A stretch of 41,200 nucleotides of DNA from Acidobacteriota bacterium (lineage in GTDB: Bacteria; Acidobacteriota; UBA6911). How positions within the stretch are numbered: position 1 is the stretch's first letter; each line of letters opens with the position of its first letter. The notes beneath the pieces are model-generated. The model ran no database searches and had not been told where the DNA came from. It saw nothing but the letters and a program-made list of their open reading frames with translations. The translations under genes and the position numbers were made by a program. The stretch spans positions 1-41,200 of the forward strand of contig JBEKYG010000001.1 in the NCBI GenBank assembly GCA_049511215.1, written 5' to 3'. Shown here piece by piece: positions 1 to 8,008 of the stretch.

Positions 1-1
1 T

Positions 2-160
2 GAGACCGAAATCCTCTATGGCAGCTTCGAGACTCTGTTCACGCAGATGGACAAATACGCAGCAGTCAAGAAAGAACAGATCCAGGAAGCAACCAGGAAA
101 TATTTCACGGAGAACAACAAGACGGTTGGGCGGCTCATCCCCGAAGGAGGTGCGAAATGA
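2..160 (+). CDS. M16-family (insulinase-like) peptidase, 3' end only (gene starts left of the window)
   Basis: The frame is open from the window edge and reads ...ETEILYGSFETLFTQMDKYAAVKKEQIQEATRKYFTENNKTVGRLIPEGGAK*, a typical M16 C-terminus. Its TGA (158-160) overlaps the next ATG (ATGA), the usual paired-subunit layout. Confidence 0.65.
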   Translation, partial: ETEILYGSFETLFTQMDKYAAVKKEQIQEATRKYFTENNKTVGRLIPEGGAK

Positions 161-1551
161 GGAATTTAATCAAAAGAACCATATTCGCGGCCATCATCTT
201 TACAATCGTAGCCACCCTGGCCCAGGGCGCATTCCTACCCACGCCCGAAAAGTTAACGCTGAAAAACGGCATCGTGGTCTATTACCTGAAAAACTCTGAT
301 CTCCCCTTGATCAGTTTCAGGATGTGGATCAAGGGTGCCGGCACTGCAAATGAGCCGGCCAATCTCGAAGGGGTATCCAATCTCACGGCCACACTGCTAC
401 TTAAGGGCACAACGACGAAGGATGCCAACGCGATCGCGGAAGCACTGGATTTCATGGGTGCCCGGTTCAGCATTACCTCTGCTGATGAGTACGCAGGCGT
501 CAGCGCTGAGAGCCTGGCTGAGCATTTTCCGAAGCTCCTGGAAATTGCCGCCGATTGTTTGATGAATCCATCGTTCAAGGACGATGAGTTTGCCAAAGAG
601 AGAAAGACGCGTCTGGACAGCCTCAGAGCCGTCAAGGACAATCCCGCGGCGGCCGTCAGAAATTACTTTCAAAAGGCCTATTTCGGCTCCCACCCGATGG
701 GACATCTTGCCTCGGGAACGGAAACGTCGCTCAACCAGATCATGGTCGCGGATCTAAAGAGCTATTATCAGAAGTACCTGCGTCCGGAACGATGCATGGT
801 GGCCGTCGTCGGCGATATTGAGAAAACCAAACTCGTTGATCTTTTAAATGCCACCATCGGTGCTTGGAAAGGCGTGGGGGAAGCGGCGGCGCTGGCGCCG
901 ATTCCTCAGGCTCCCAAACCGGCCGGGAAGAAACTCATCCTGATCGACAAACCCGATGCCACGCAAGCCTATTGGGTGCTCGGCGCTCCGGGCTATCCGA
1001 TGGGCGACAAGGTGACGCCTCAGGCCGACGTCATGAACACGCTCTTTGGCGGACGATTCACGTCCTGGCTGAGCACAGAACTCCGGATCAAGCGCGGCCT
1101 CACTTACGGTGCCAGCAGTAGCTTCCGGACTTGGTCAGTGGGCGGACTTTTCAGCGCCAGCTCCTATACCAGGAATGAAAAAATCGGGGAAATGCTGGAC
1201 ATCACTTTTGACCTGCTCAAAAAAGTCCGCAAAGATGGGTTCGCCGCCGAAGAGACCGAAAGCGCGCGCAACTATCTACAAGGCCAGTTCCCTCCAACCC
1301 TGGAATCGAATGCCAGCAAGGCGACGGCGTTCTTGCGGCTGGTGTTTTACAATCTCGGGTTTGACTATTACGATAAATATCTGGCCAATATCCAAAAGGT
1401 ATCTCAAACTGCCGCCAAGGAAGCCGCCGGCAGTCTTATTCCGGAAAGTGATTTCGTTTTGGTGGTCGTGGGCAAAGCGGCCGATATCAAAAAGCAACTG
1501 GATAAGTACGGAACATGGACCGAAAAAAAGATCACTGATCCTGGGTTCTAG
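157..1551 (+). CDS. M16-family peptidase, probably the non-catalytic partner subunit
   Basis: 464-aa ORF with a signal/TM-like N-terminus and M16 two-domain architecture. Where active M16 enzymes carry HxxEH ahead of ..KGT, this protein reads GVSNLTATLLLKGT, with no His/Glu. Confidence 0.85.
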   Translation: MRNLIKRTIFAAIIFTIVATLAQGAFLPTPEKLTLKNGIVVYYLKNSDLPLISFRMWIKGAGTANEPANLEGVSNLTATLLLKGTTTKDANAIAEALDFMGARFSITSADEYAGVSAESLAEHFPKLLEIAADCLMNPSFKDDEFAKERKTRLDSLRAVKDNPAAAVRNYFQKAYFGSHPMGHLASGTETSLNQIMVADLKSYYQKYLRPERCMVAVVGDIEKTKLVDLLNATIGAWKGVGEAAALAPIPQAPKPAGKKLILIDKPDATQAYWVLGAPGYPMGDKVTPQADVMNTLFGGRFTSWLSTELRIKRGLTYGASSSFRTWSVGGLFSASSYTRNEKIGEMLDITFDLLKKVRKDGFAAEETESARNYLQGQFPPTLESNASKATAFLRLVFYNLGFDYYDKYLANIQKVSQTAAKEAAGSLIPESDFVLVVVGKAADIKKQLDKYGTWTEKKITDPGF

Positions 1552-1610
1552 CCCGGATTATTCAGGAAATCACCCGATAACTGGATGGCAAGAAAAGACA
1601 AAAGATTAAC

Positions 1611-1691
1611 GCAGAGAGCGCAAAGATAGAATCGAGGTCGCAGAGGAACAGCGTCATCCTCTGCGCCCGCGAGCTACTCCGCGCCCTCTGC
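1611..1691. repeat. Composite palindromic intergenic element between convergent genes (terminator-like)
   Basis: Inner perfect 9-bp stem cgcagagga/tcctctgcg (1639-1647 / 1657-1665). Outer arms gcagagagcgcaaag versus ctccgcgccctctgc are built from CGCA[GA]AG-like units. Confidence 0.6.
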
Positions 1692-1794
1692 TTTAAGGTT
1701 TTGAACTCAAAAAGAGCGATATCACACGATCGCTTCCCACACCCTGTGATTTTCCGGGTCCATCGGGCTTCCTTTGAACTCTGGCCCGCGTTTT

Positions 1795-2193
1795 TCACCA
1801 GAGGGTTGCGACGTGAGGGTAATTGCGCAACGCCTCATCTTTCGTGATGAGGCGTCCCCGGTGATGGCGCACCGTGGCCACGATCACCTGATCGGCCAGA
1901 GAACCGTGGAATGGTCCGGGAAGTTCACAACTCTCTATGAGTATCTCCTGCGTCAACTCGGCCACGAATAGTCCCGGCACTGCGAGCGCGGTGTCGAGCC
2001 AAATCCGGATTGGGCGGTCCAACGCAAGCTGACCTTTCTCGACTTTTTTGGCAACCTCCCAAATTGAGATCGCAGAAATCCAGACTCCTTGCCGCGGCGC
2101 AACAGATGAGATCAGAGCCTCGGCGGAGGAAGACAGCCTCTTGTCTTCGGTAACCCACCAGATCCAGGTGTGAGTGTCAAGGAAGGTCTGCAT
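1795..2193 (-). CDS. vapC: PIN-domain toxin, VapC family
   Basis: Reads MQTFLDTHTWIWW...WEVAKK...ADQVIVATV..., with the PIN acidic residues in the expected order. It overlaps the upstream antitoxin gene. The start could instead be the upstream ATG at 2214. Confidence 0.8.
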   Translation of the reverse strand: MQTFLDTHTWIWWVTEDKRLSSSAEALISSVAPRQGVWISAISIWEVAKKVEKGQLALDRPIRIWLDTALAVPGLFVAELTQEILIESCELPGPFHGSLADQVIVATVRHHRGRLITKDEALRNYPHVATLW

Positions 2194-2401
2194 CCCACTT
2201 TTCTCCGGTCCCAAAAGGGTTCCCGGTTTCCCTCAGAATGCTGCCGGCGAGACTCGCGAAAGCCTTATTTTCGCGATAGGGCACAACTTGAATCACCGGC
2301 CGCCCCCTCTTGGTCACCACCAGGGGAGTCTTAGTCTTGGCGACCGCATCCATGATCTTCAGGCACTGGTCCTTGAACTTGCCGGCGGATATCGTTTTCA
2401 T
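2177..2401 (-). CDS. Phd/YefM-family antitoxin
   Basis: Reads MKTISAGKFKDQCLKIMDAVAKTKTPLVVTKRGRPVIQVVPY..., the typical Phd/YefM N-terminal fold signature. The start at 2401 is preferred because a complete promoter sits inside the longer ORF. Confidence 0.75.
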   Translation of the reverse strand: MKTISAGKFKDQCLKIMDAVAKTKTPLVVTKRGRPVIQVVPYRENKAFASLAGSILRETGNPFGTGEKWDADLP

Positions 2402-2407
2402 GGGATT

Positions 2408-2437
2408 ATTATAGCCATGGCCAAATGGCCATGTCAA
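2408..2437 (-). promoter_or_regulatory. Sigma70-type promoter with an operator palindrome in the spacer; predicts a leaderless phd-vapC mRNA
   Basis: On the minus strand: TTGACA (2437-2432), an 18-nt spacer, TATAAT (2413-2408), 6 nt, then ATG (2401). The spacer contains CATGGCCA-nn-TGGCCATG (2416-2433), with 8-bp inverted arms. Confidence 0.5.
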
Positions 2438-2556
2438 CTGATTGGCGGAAGTCCTACTTTATCCGGATTTGAACTGTATCAGCAATTCCGGGGTTGCATA
2501 ATATGAAGCGCCCAAGCCGGCGAAAGTCGGCGGGATGCTGACTCCTGAATCTGATT

Positions 2557-3237
2557 TTAGGCCGGAGGTTGGAGTTGCCCGTTCTCGAGGCGGCAGCTAC
2601 GGCTGCAGGTTGCCGCTAACCTCTCGTTGTGCGTGACCAATATTGAGGTGAGGCCGTGGCTGGCGTGCAGCGTGTGCAGCAGTTCGCCGATGGCCATTCC
2701 TGTGTGGGCGTCCAGGTTTCCCGTGGGCTCATCCGCCAGCAGGAGCTTGGGCCTCCCCACCAGGGCTCTCGCGATTGCGACCCGCTGCTGCTCCCCGCCC
2801 GAGAGTTCTCCGGGCCGATGATCCACGCGTTCCTCCATCCGGACGTCGGCGAGTGCGTCGCGAGCCTGCTTCTCTGCCTGTGCCCTTTGCTCTCCGCGCA
2901 ACAGAAGCGGCATCATTACGTTTTCGATGGCCGTAAATTCCGGCAGAAGATGATGAAACTGGAAGACAAAGCCCACCGTGCGATTGCGAAAGCGTGACAA
3001 TTCCGGCAGGCCGAGGCCGGTGACCTCGGTCCCATCCATGAGGATTGAACCCTGATCGGGCCGATCCATGCCGCCGAGCAGGTGGAGCAAGGTGCTCTTG
3101 CCGGATCCGGAGACTCCCGTCACTGCCAGCATTTCCCCACTCTTCAGGACCAGGCTTAAATCCACCAGCACATCGATACGCTCGACGCCGGATCGGTACC
3201 CCTTATAGAGGCCGAGCACCGTCAGGAGATCACTCAT
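2557..3237 (-). CDS. lolD: ABC transporter ATP-binding protein, LolD-like
   Basis: Walker A GVSGSGKST, ABC signature LSGGEQQR and Walker B LLLADEPT. It overlaps the upstream LolC/E-type permease gene by 8 nt. The start is taken at MSDLLTV (3237). Confidence 0.8.
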   Translation of the reverse strand: MSDLLTVLGLYKGYRSGVERIDVLVDLSLVLKSGEMLAVTGVSGSGKSTLLHLLGGMDRPDQGSILMDGTEVTGLGLPELSRFRNRTVGFVFQFHHLLPEFTAIENVMMPLLLRGEQRAQAEKQARDALADVRMEERVDHRPGELSGGEQQRVAIARALVGRPKLLLADEPTGNLDAHTGMAIGELLHTLHASHGLTSILVTHNERLAATCSRSCRLENGQLQPPA

Positions 3238-4492
3238 AACGCAGAACCTCCACGGGATCCAGACGCGAGGCGTTGCGCGCCGGATAGAGCGTGGCGACAA
3301 AGCTGATAAGCAAAGCGGTACAGCAAATCAGTACTACATCCCAGACCTTCACATGAAAGGGGACATACGGGATGCTGTACACCTCGGCCTGAAGCTGAAT
3401 CAGCTTGTATCGGTCGAGTATCAAGCTGATACCGACGCCGAGTATGGCGCCCAGGGTAGTGCCTATGAAGCCGATGATCAGCCCCTGGAGCATGAACACC
3501 CACATGATGACCTTTTGTGGCGCACCCATGGCCGTGAGGATCGCGATATCACGCTGTTTCTCCAGAACCATCATAATCAGGGTGGTGACGATATTCAGCG
3601 CGGCGACGAAGACGATCAGGCTGATCGTAAGGAACAATGCGATCTTCTCCAGCTTCAGGGCGGAGAAGAGGGGCTTATTGAGGTCAATCCAGGTCGTGGT
3701 GATAAACCCGGGTCCGGCAGCAGTACGAATAACGTCCGCCACCGATTGAACATCCTCCAGGTTATCGGTTTTGAATTGCAGCACGGAGGCTGAGCCTTCC
3801 GGCAGGGATAATAGCCTGCGAGCCGCATACATGTCCGTATAGATCCAATTGGAGTCGTAATCCCACAAACCCGATTCGAAAATGGCGGCAATGCGAAATG
3901 TCTTCTCCCCTACGGTGAATATCCTTCCGGCCAAAGGTGTCAAGCTCCCCTTCGGGTAGATTACCCGCAATGTATCACCCAGCCTGACTCCGAGCGAATG
4001 AGCCATTTCTTTCCCGATGATGGTTGGCAGGAGGGGGGACGGGTCCCCTGACCCATCATATGCGCCCCCGTCGAATGCATGAGGATTGCCTTCCACGATA
4101 TGGGAGAAGAAATCTGAGATCTCCCGCTCACGCACGGGGTCGATTCCCTTGAGTACTGCGCCCTGATTGTGAGTGGGACTGGCGACAAACACCTGGTTGA
4201 AGATCGCCGGCGCAACCCCGGTTACGTGCGGGACGCGGCCCAGGTTGGCGATCATGCCTTCGTACTTGAGGAGTGGAGCATTGTCCGTGTGCAGGAGGTT
4301 GATATAGGACGTGGCACCCACGATCTTGGTCTGGATGTCCTCCCGGAACCCCGTGGACATGGCCAGGGCGATCACCAGGGCCATCACGCCGGCCGCGATG
4401 CCAAGTACGGAGATCGCGGAGATCACCGATATCATGGTCTGCTTGCGTTTTGCTTTCAGGTATCGGAGCGCAACGAACAGTTCAAATTTCAT
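3230..4492 (-). CDS. LolC/LolE-family lipoprotein-releasing ABC permease (FtsX/MacB-type)
   Basis: 420 aa: N-terminal TM helix, large periplasmic domain and a C-terminal FtsX-like 3-TM bundle. Starts MKFELFVALRYLKAKRKQ, as in LolC/E. Confidence 0.85.
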   Translation of the reverse strand: MKFELFVALRYLKAKRKQTMISVISAISVLGIAAGVMALVIALAMSTGFREDIQTKIVGATSYINLLHTDNAPLLKYEGMIANLGRVPHVTGVAPAIFNQVFVASPTHNQGAVLKGIDPVREREISDFFSHIVEGNPHAFDGGAYDGSGDPSPLLPTIIGKEMAHSLGVRLGDTLRVIYPKGSLTPLAGRIFTVGEKTFRIAAIFESGLWDYDSNWIYTDMYAARRLLSLPEGSASVLQFKTDNLEDVQSVADVIRTAAGPGFITTTWIDLNKPLFSALKLEKIALFLTISLIVFVAALNIVTTLIMMVLEKQRDIAILTAMGAPQKVIMWVFMLQGLIIGFIGTTLGAILGVGISLILDRYKLIQLQAEVYSIPYVPFHVKVWDVVLICCTALLISFVATLYPARNASRLDPVEVLRYE

Positions 4493-4513
4493 TTGCCAGG
4501 CGGAAATTTTTTA

Positions 4514-4589
4514 ACCGCCAAGGCCCCAAGACGCCAAAAGCTTTAATCTTTTATTTCTTGGCGGCTTTGCGGCTTTGCGCCTTGGCGGT
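4514..4589. repeat. Composite palindromic intergenic element downstream of lysS (terminator-like)
   Basis: Perfect 10-bp outer stem accgccaagg/ccttggcggt (4514-4523 / 4580-4589). The arms are tandem GCCAA[GA]-type units (ccaaggccccaagacgccaaaag / cttggcggctttgcggctttgcgccttgg). Confidence 0.65.
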
Positions 4590-4631
4590 AAGTTTTGGTT
4601 GTGGCTATGCTGCCTCATGGGTTTCTTGGTT

Positions 4632-6143
4632 CTATTCTCGGACCTCTCCTCCGGATTCGGGCCGCAATAACGGGAACAGGATGACATCGCGGATAGAACG
4701 GGAGTTGGTCAGGATCATGGTGAGCCGGTCGATCCCGATACCTTCGCCGGCCGTGGGCGGCATGGCATAGCTCAGGGCGCGGATGTAATCCTCGTCCATC
4801 TGATGAGCTTCTTCATCGCCGCGGCCTCGTGCCGCGAGCTGTTCTTCGAAGCGCGCCCGCTGCTCGGCTGGATCGTTCAGCTCGGAGTAACCGTTAGCTA
4901 ACTCCATCCCCGCAATGTAAAGCTCGAATCGCTCCACCGTATCGGGGTCATCGGGCTTGGTCTTGGAGAGTGGCGAGACCTCGGTTGGATAATCAAAGAT
5001 GAAAGTGGGCTGGATAAGGTTGGGCTCGACGACGTGCTCGAAAATGGCAGCCAACATCTTGCCGATCCCAGCGGAAGGCTCGAATTCGGCGCCCAGGGCG
5101 CGCGCAAGTTCACGCAGCCTCTTCTCCGAGCGCAACTCATTTGCCGAGGGCTTTGGGACGGATTCAGGCCAGAAGTGCAGGATCGCGTCCTTCATCGTGA
5201 ACCGCTGCCAGTGATCAAAATCCAGAATGTAGTCCTGGTAGGAGACCTGGCGCGAACCGTTGACCGACTCGGCAATCTTGGTGATCATCTCCTGGGTCAT
5301 GTCCATCAGATCATGGAAGTCGCTGTATGCCTGGTAGAACTCGAGCATGGTAAATTCGGGATTGTGCTGCGTTGAGATCCCTTCATTGCGGAAGATCCGG
5401 CTCATTTCGTATACCCGGGGGATGCCGCCGACGATCAGGCGTTTGAGATGGAGCTCGAGAGCGATGCGCAGATACAGCTCGATATCCAGGGCGTTGTGAT
5501 GAGTTTGGAAAGGGCGGGCCAGGGCGCCGCCGGCAACGGTCTGCAGCACCGGCGTTTCCACCTCCAGATAGCCCACCGCATCGAGGAAGTTGCGGATGCC
5601 CCGAATGATCTTGGCGCGCTTCACAAAGACTTCGCGCACCTCATGGTTGACGATCAGGTCAACATAGCGTTGGCGGTACCTGGTCTCGACATCGGTGAGA
5701 CCGTGCCACTTTTCAGGCAAGGGCAGCAGGTCTTTCGCCAGGTGCTGCAAGGAAGAAGCCAAAACGGTGAGCTCATTCGTGCGCGTGCGAAACAGCGTTC
5801 CCTCCGCCCCTACGATATCGCCAAGGTCGAAGAGCTCGTAAAGAGCGAAAGCTTCCGGCCCAACGCGGTCGCGCCGAACATAGACTTGCAGGCGGTGTTC
5901 GCCGTCGAAAAGGTCCAGGAAACCCGCCTTGCCGTGCGGGCGCAGCGCCATGATGCGGCCGCAAACGCGCACGGGCGATTTGGATCCCTCCAGATCCTGA
6001 GCCGACACGGCGTCGAAGCTGCGATGAATGCCCGACAGGGTATGGCTATAGTCGAATTTGTGGGGGTAGGGATCGTAACCGCGGCGCTTCAATTCTTCCA
6101 ATTTCAGGAGGCGTTGGACCCGTGGGTTGGTTTCGTGCTCCAT
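4632..6143 (-). CDS. lysS: Lysine--tRNA ligase (class II)
   Basis: 503 aa with an N-terminal OB anticodon-binding region and class II motifs (e.g. FRNEGIS, GGIGIDRL-type C-terminus ..[13 protein letters not shown]). Confidence 0.95.
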   Translation of the reverse strand: MEHETNPRVQRLLKLEELKRRGYDPYPHKFDYSHTLSGIHRSFDAVSAQDLEGSKSPVRVCGRIMALRPHGKAGFLDLFDGEHRLQVYVRRDRVGPEAFALYELFDLGDIVGAEGTLFRTRTNELTVLASSLQHLAKDLLPLPEKWHGLTDVETRYRQRYVDLIVNHEVREVFVKRAKIIRGIRNFLDAVGYLEVETPVLQTVAGGALARPFQTHHNALDIELYLRIALELHLKRLIVGGIPRVYEMSRIFRNEGISTQHNPEFTMLEFYQAYSDFHDLMDMTQEMITKIAESVNGSRQVSYQDYILDFDHWQRFTMKDAILHFWPESVPKPSANELRSEKRLRELARALGAEFEPSAGIGKMLAAIFEHVVEPNLIQPTFIFDYPTEVSPLSKTKPDDPDTVERFELYIAGMELANGYSELNDPAEQRARFEEQLAARGRGDEEAHQMDEDYIRALSYAMPPTAGEGIGIDRLTMILTNSRSIRDVILFPLLRPESGGEVRE

Positions 6144-6565
6144 TACTCCTTCACCCTTTCTTGCGAGAGGTCTTTCTTGATGCTATCGAGGATGCCGTTC
6201 ACGAATTGCGCCGACTCGTTGGTGGAGAATTTCTTGGCAATCTCCAGGGCCTCGTTGATCACCACGGTGTCTGGCGTTTTGGCGTCCGAGGTTAATTCGA
6301 AAACCGCCAGGCGCAGAACATTGCGGTCGACCGCGGCCATCCGGCTCAGGCGCCAGTTCTTGGTGTGGCCTTGGATGAGCCGATCGATTTCCTTCAGGCG
6401 GTTGAGCGTCCCCCTGAACAGGTCGTTGGCAAATTCGCGCACCTTCTCGGGCTGCTCGTTCATGTCCCAGAAAGTCTCCAGGATCGTGTCGAGGGCATGC
6501 TTACCCACGTCATGTTCGTAGAGCATTTGAAGTGCGCATTCGCGTGCGGTCCTTCTAAGTCCCAT
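6143..6565 (-). CDS. nusB: Transcription antitermination factor NusB
   Basis: 140 aa, [20 protein letters not shown]...[13 protein letters not shown]...FVNGILD. Its stop overlaps the lysS start (TAATG). Confidence 0.9.
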   Translation of the reverse strand: MGLRRTARECALQMLYEHDVGKHALDTILETFWDMNEQPEKVREFANDLFRGTLNRLKEIDRLIQGHTKNWRLSRMAAVDRNVLRLAVFELTSDAKTPDTVVINEALEIAKKFSTNESAQFVNGILDSIKKDLSQERVKE

Positions 6566-6623
6566 TTTTGATGATGCGGTCCAAGGATGTGGTAAACAGG
6601 GATGCGCTGGTGCGTTCGCGGCT

Positions 6624-7088
6624 CTATAACTGTTTCAAAACCTGAACCATTTCTATCGCCGAAAGGGCGGCGTCAAACCCTCGGTTCCCTGACTTAAGGC
6701 CTGCCCGATCAATTGCCTGTTCCAGGGTGTTGCACGTAAGGATACCATAGATCACCGGGATTCCGGATTCCAGGCCGATGTTCCCGATTCCCTTGGTCAC
6801 GGCCGAGGAGAGGTACTCAAAATGCGGGGTCTCCCCTTGCAGCAACGCACCCAGACAAATGACGGCGTCATAATTGCGCGAGAGCGCCAGCTTTTTGGCT
6901 GCCAGGACAATTTCGAAAGCGCCGGGTACCCAACACGTGGTGATATCGTCCGCCACGGCGCCGTGCCGCTCCAGAGCGTCGATCGCGCCGTTTAAGAGAC
7001 GATCGCTGATAAATGAATTGAATCGGCTGATGACGATCGCGAATCGACTTCCGGTCGCATCCAGTTTCCCTTGGATAATCCTGGACAT
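6624..7088 (-). CDS. ribH: 6,7-dimethyl-8-ribityllumazine synthase
   Basis: Reads MSRIIQGKLDATGSRFAIVISRFN...VPGAFE...GVIYGILT, the lumazine synthase signature. GGAGG lies 5 nt upstream of the ATG at 7088. Confidence 0.9.
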   Translation of the reverse strand: MSRIIQGKLDATGSRFAIVISRFNSFISDRLLNGAIDALERHGAVADDITTCWVPGAFEIVLAAKKLALSRNYDAVICLGALLQGETPHFEYLSSAVTKGIGNIGLESGIPVIYGILTCNTLEQAIDRAGLKSGNRGFDAALSAIEMVQVLKQL

Positions 7089-7166
7089 ATTGCCTCCGCT
7101 GAGGTCATACATTCTGCAGGAGATACCCCGGAAAAACAACTGCTAAAAGCTCGCCGCGAACTCGAA

Positions 7167-7306
7167 GGGGCCACGCGACTGGGGCGCTGGGGAGCAGGGG
7201 AGCGGGCGGGGAAAACTCAATTTAGGTTCCCTTGCCCTTCTCTGGGCCGCCAGAGCTCCTCTGCCCCCCTGCTCCCGTGGCCCCCCTGCTCCCTAGCTCC
7301 CGTGGA
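7167..7306. repeat. Composite G-rich palindromic element (GGGAGCAGGGG-type arms)
   Basis: The left arm ggggccacg...ggggagcaggggagcgggcgggg pairs with the right arm cctctgcccccctgctcccgtggcccccctgctccc. The stem is imperfect, with a loop of about 50 nt. Confidence 0.5.
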
Positions 7307-7639
7307 GCTGATGGAAGAGCAAAGTGAAGAAGTCGCGCGGGTGCGGCCGCTGGGGAAGACCGGCTTGCCGAGGCGGCGCGCGAGGTCGTCCGGCGACCAG
7401 TCATCGGCGAAAACCCCCTCGACCTGGGAAACGGACTCGTTCGGAATAATGACGAAATCACCCAGCCGGCGATTGGCGAGGGCACTGGCAAAGTCCTGCC
7501 CGGCAAGCAGTCCCGCCACCGTAATGCTCTTTCCCATGAACCGATTCTCCACCTCAACTACTTCGAGACCGGATCCGAGTTTCCGGTTGAACTGCTCGAT
7601 GCAATCCCGCAGGAACGGATAAAACAGCTTTCCAGATCT
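7217..7639 (-). pseudogene. 3' fragment of a DUF512 (radical-SAM-associated) protein gene, truncated by the Y1-transposase element
   Basis: Reads ..LFYPFLRDCIEQFNRKLGSGLEVVEVENRFMGKSITVAGLLAGQDF...FVIIPNESV.., which matches the DUF512 C-terminal region only. The apparent N-terminus MRRSRRDKYYVPRS is read out of the element terminus (7640-7675). Confidence 0.55.
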
Positions 7640-7822
7640 GGGGACGTAATACTTATCTCTGCGCGATCGACGCACTGCTGCAAGTCGGATTCCTGCGGTC
7701 CAAGCGGGACCGTCCTTGCCGCTACCCCTCGAGAAGAAGTTGATCCTTCAAGAAAGAGTCGCTCATTCGCACCTTTGGGCAGTTAGTAAAAGTGAAGTGT
7801 TTCGGGAGGACCCATAGCCCGC

Positions 7823-7855
7823 ATGGCGCGCGTTGTAGTCCCCGGCATTCCACAC
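7823..7855 (+). pseudogene. 5' stub of the Y1 transposase gene (MARVVVPGIPH...)
   Basis: Aligns with the first codons of the copy-2 transposase. Homology stops after ccacac at 7855. Confidence 0.6.
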
Positions 7856-8008
7856 GCTTGTTTTTCCTATGCGTTAGATTCTTCGCACCGCGGAGAATCT
7901 GAACTTATCTTGCCTCTCAAATATCTAAATCACTAGTTGGATACTTCCGAAAACTAACACGCGAAGTGACAATGCCTCAAAGACTCCGGCATTAGTGGAG
8001 CACAGGAT

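Noticed and set aside
5448-6521. 357-aa plus-strand ORF
   Set aside because: It is entirely antisense to lysS and nusB, which have unmistakable family signatures. The Arg/Ala/Gly-rich low-complexity translation is typical of antisense frames in high-GC DNA.
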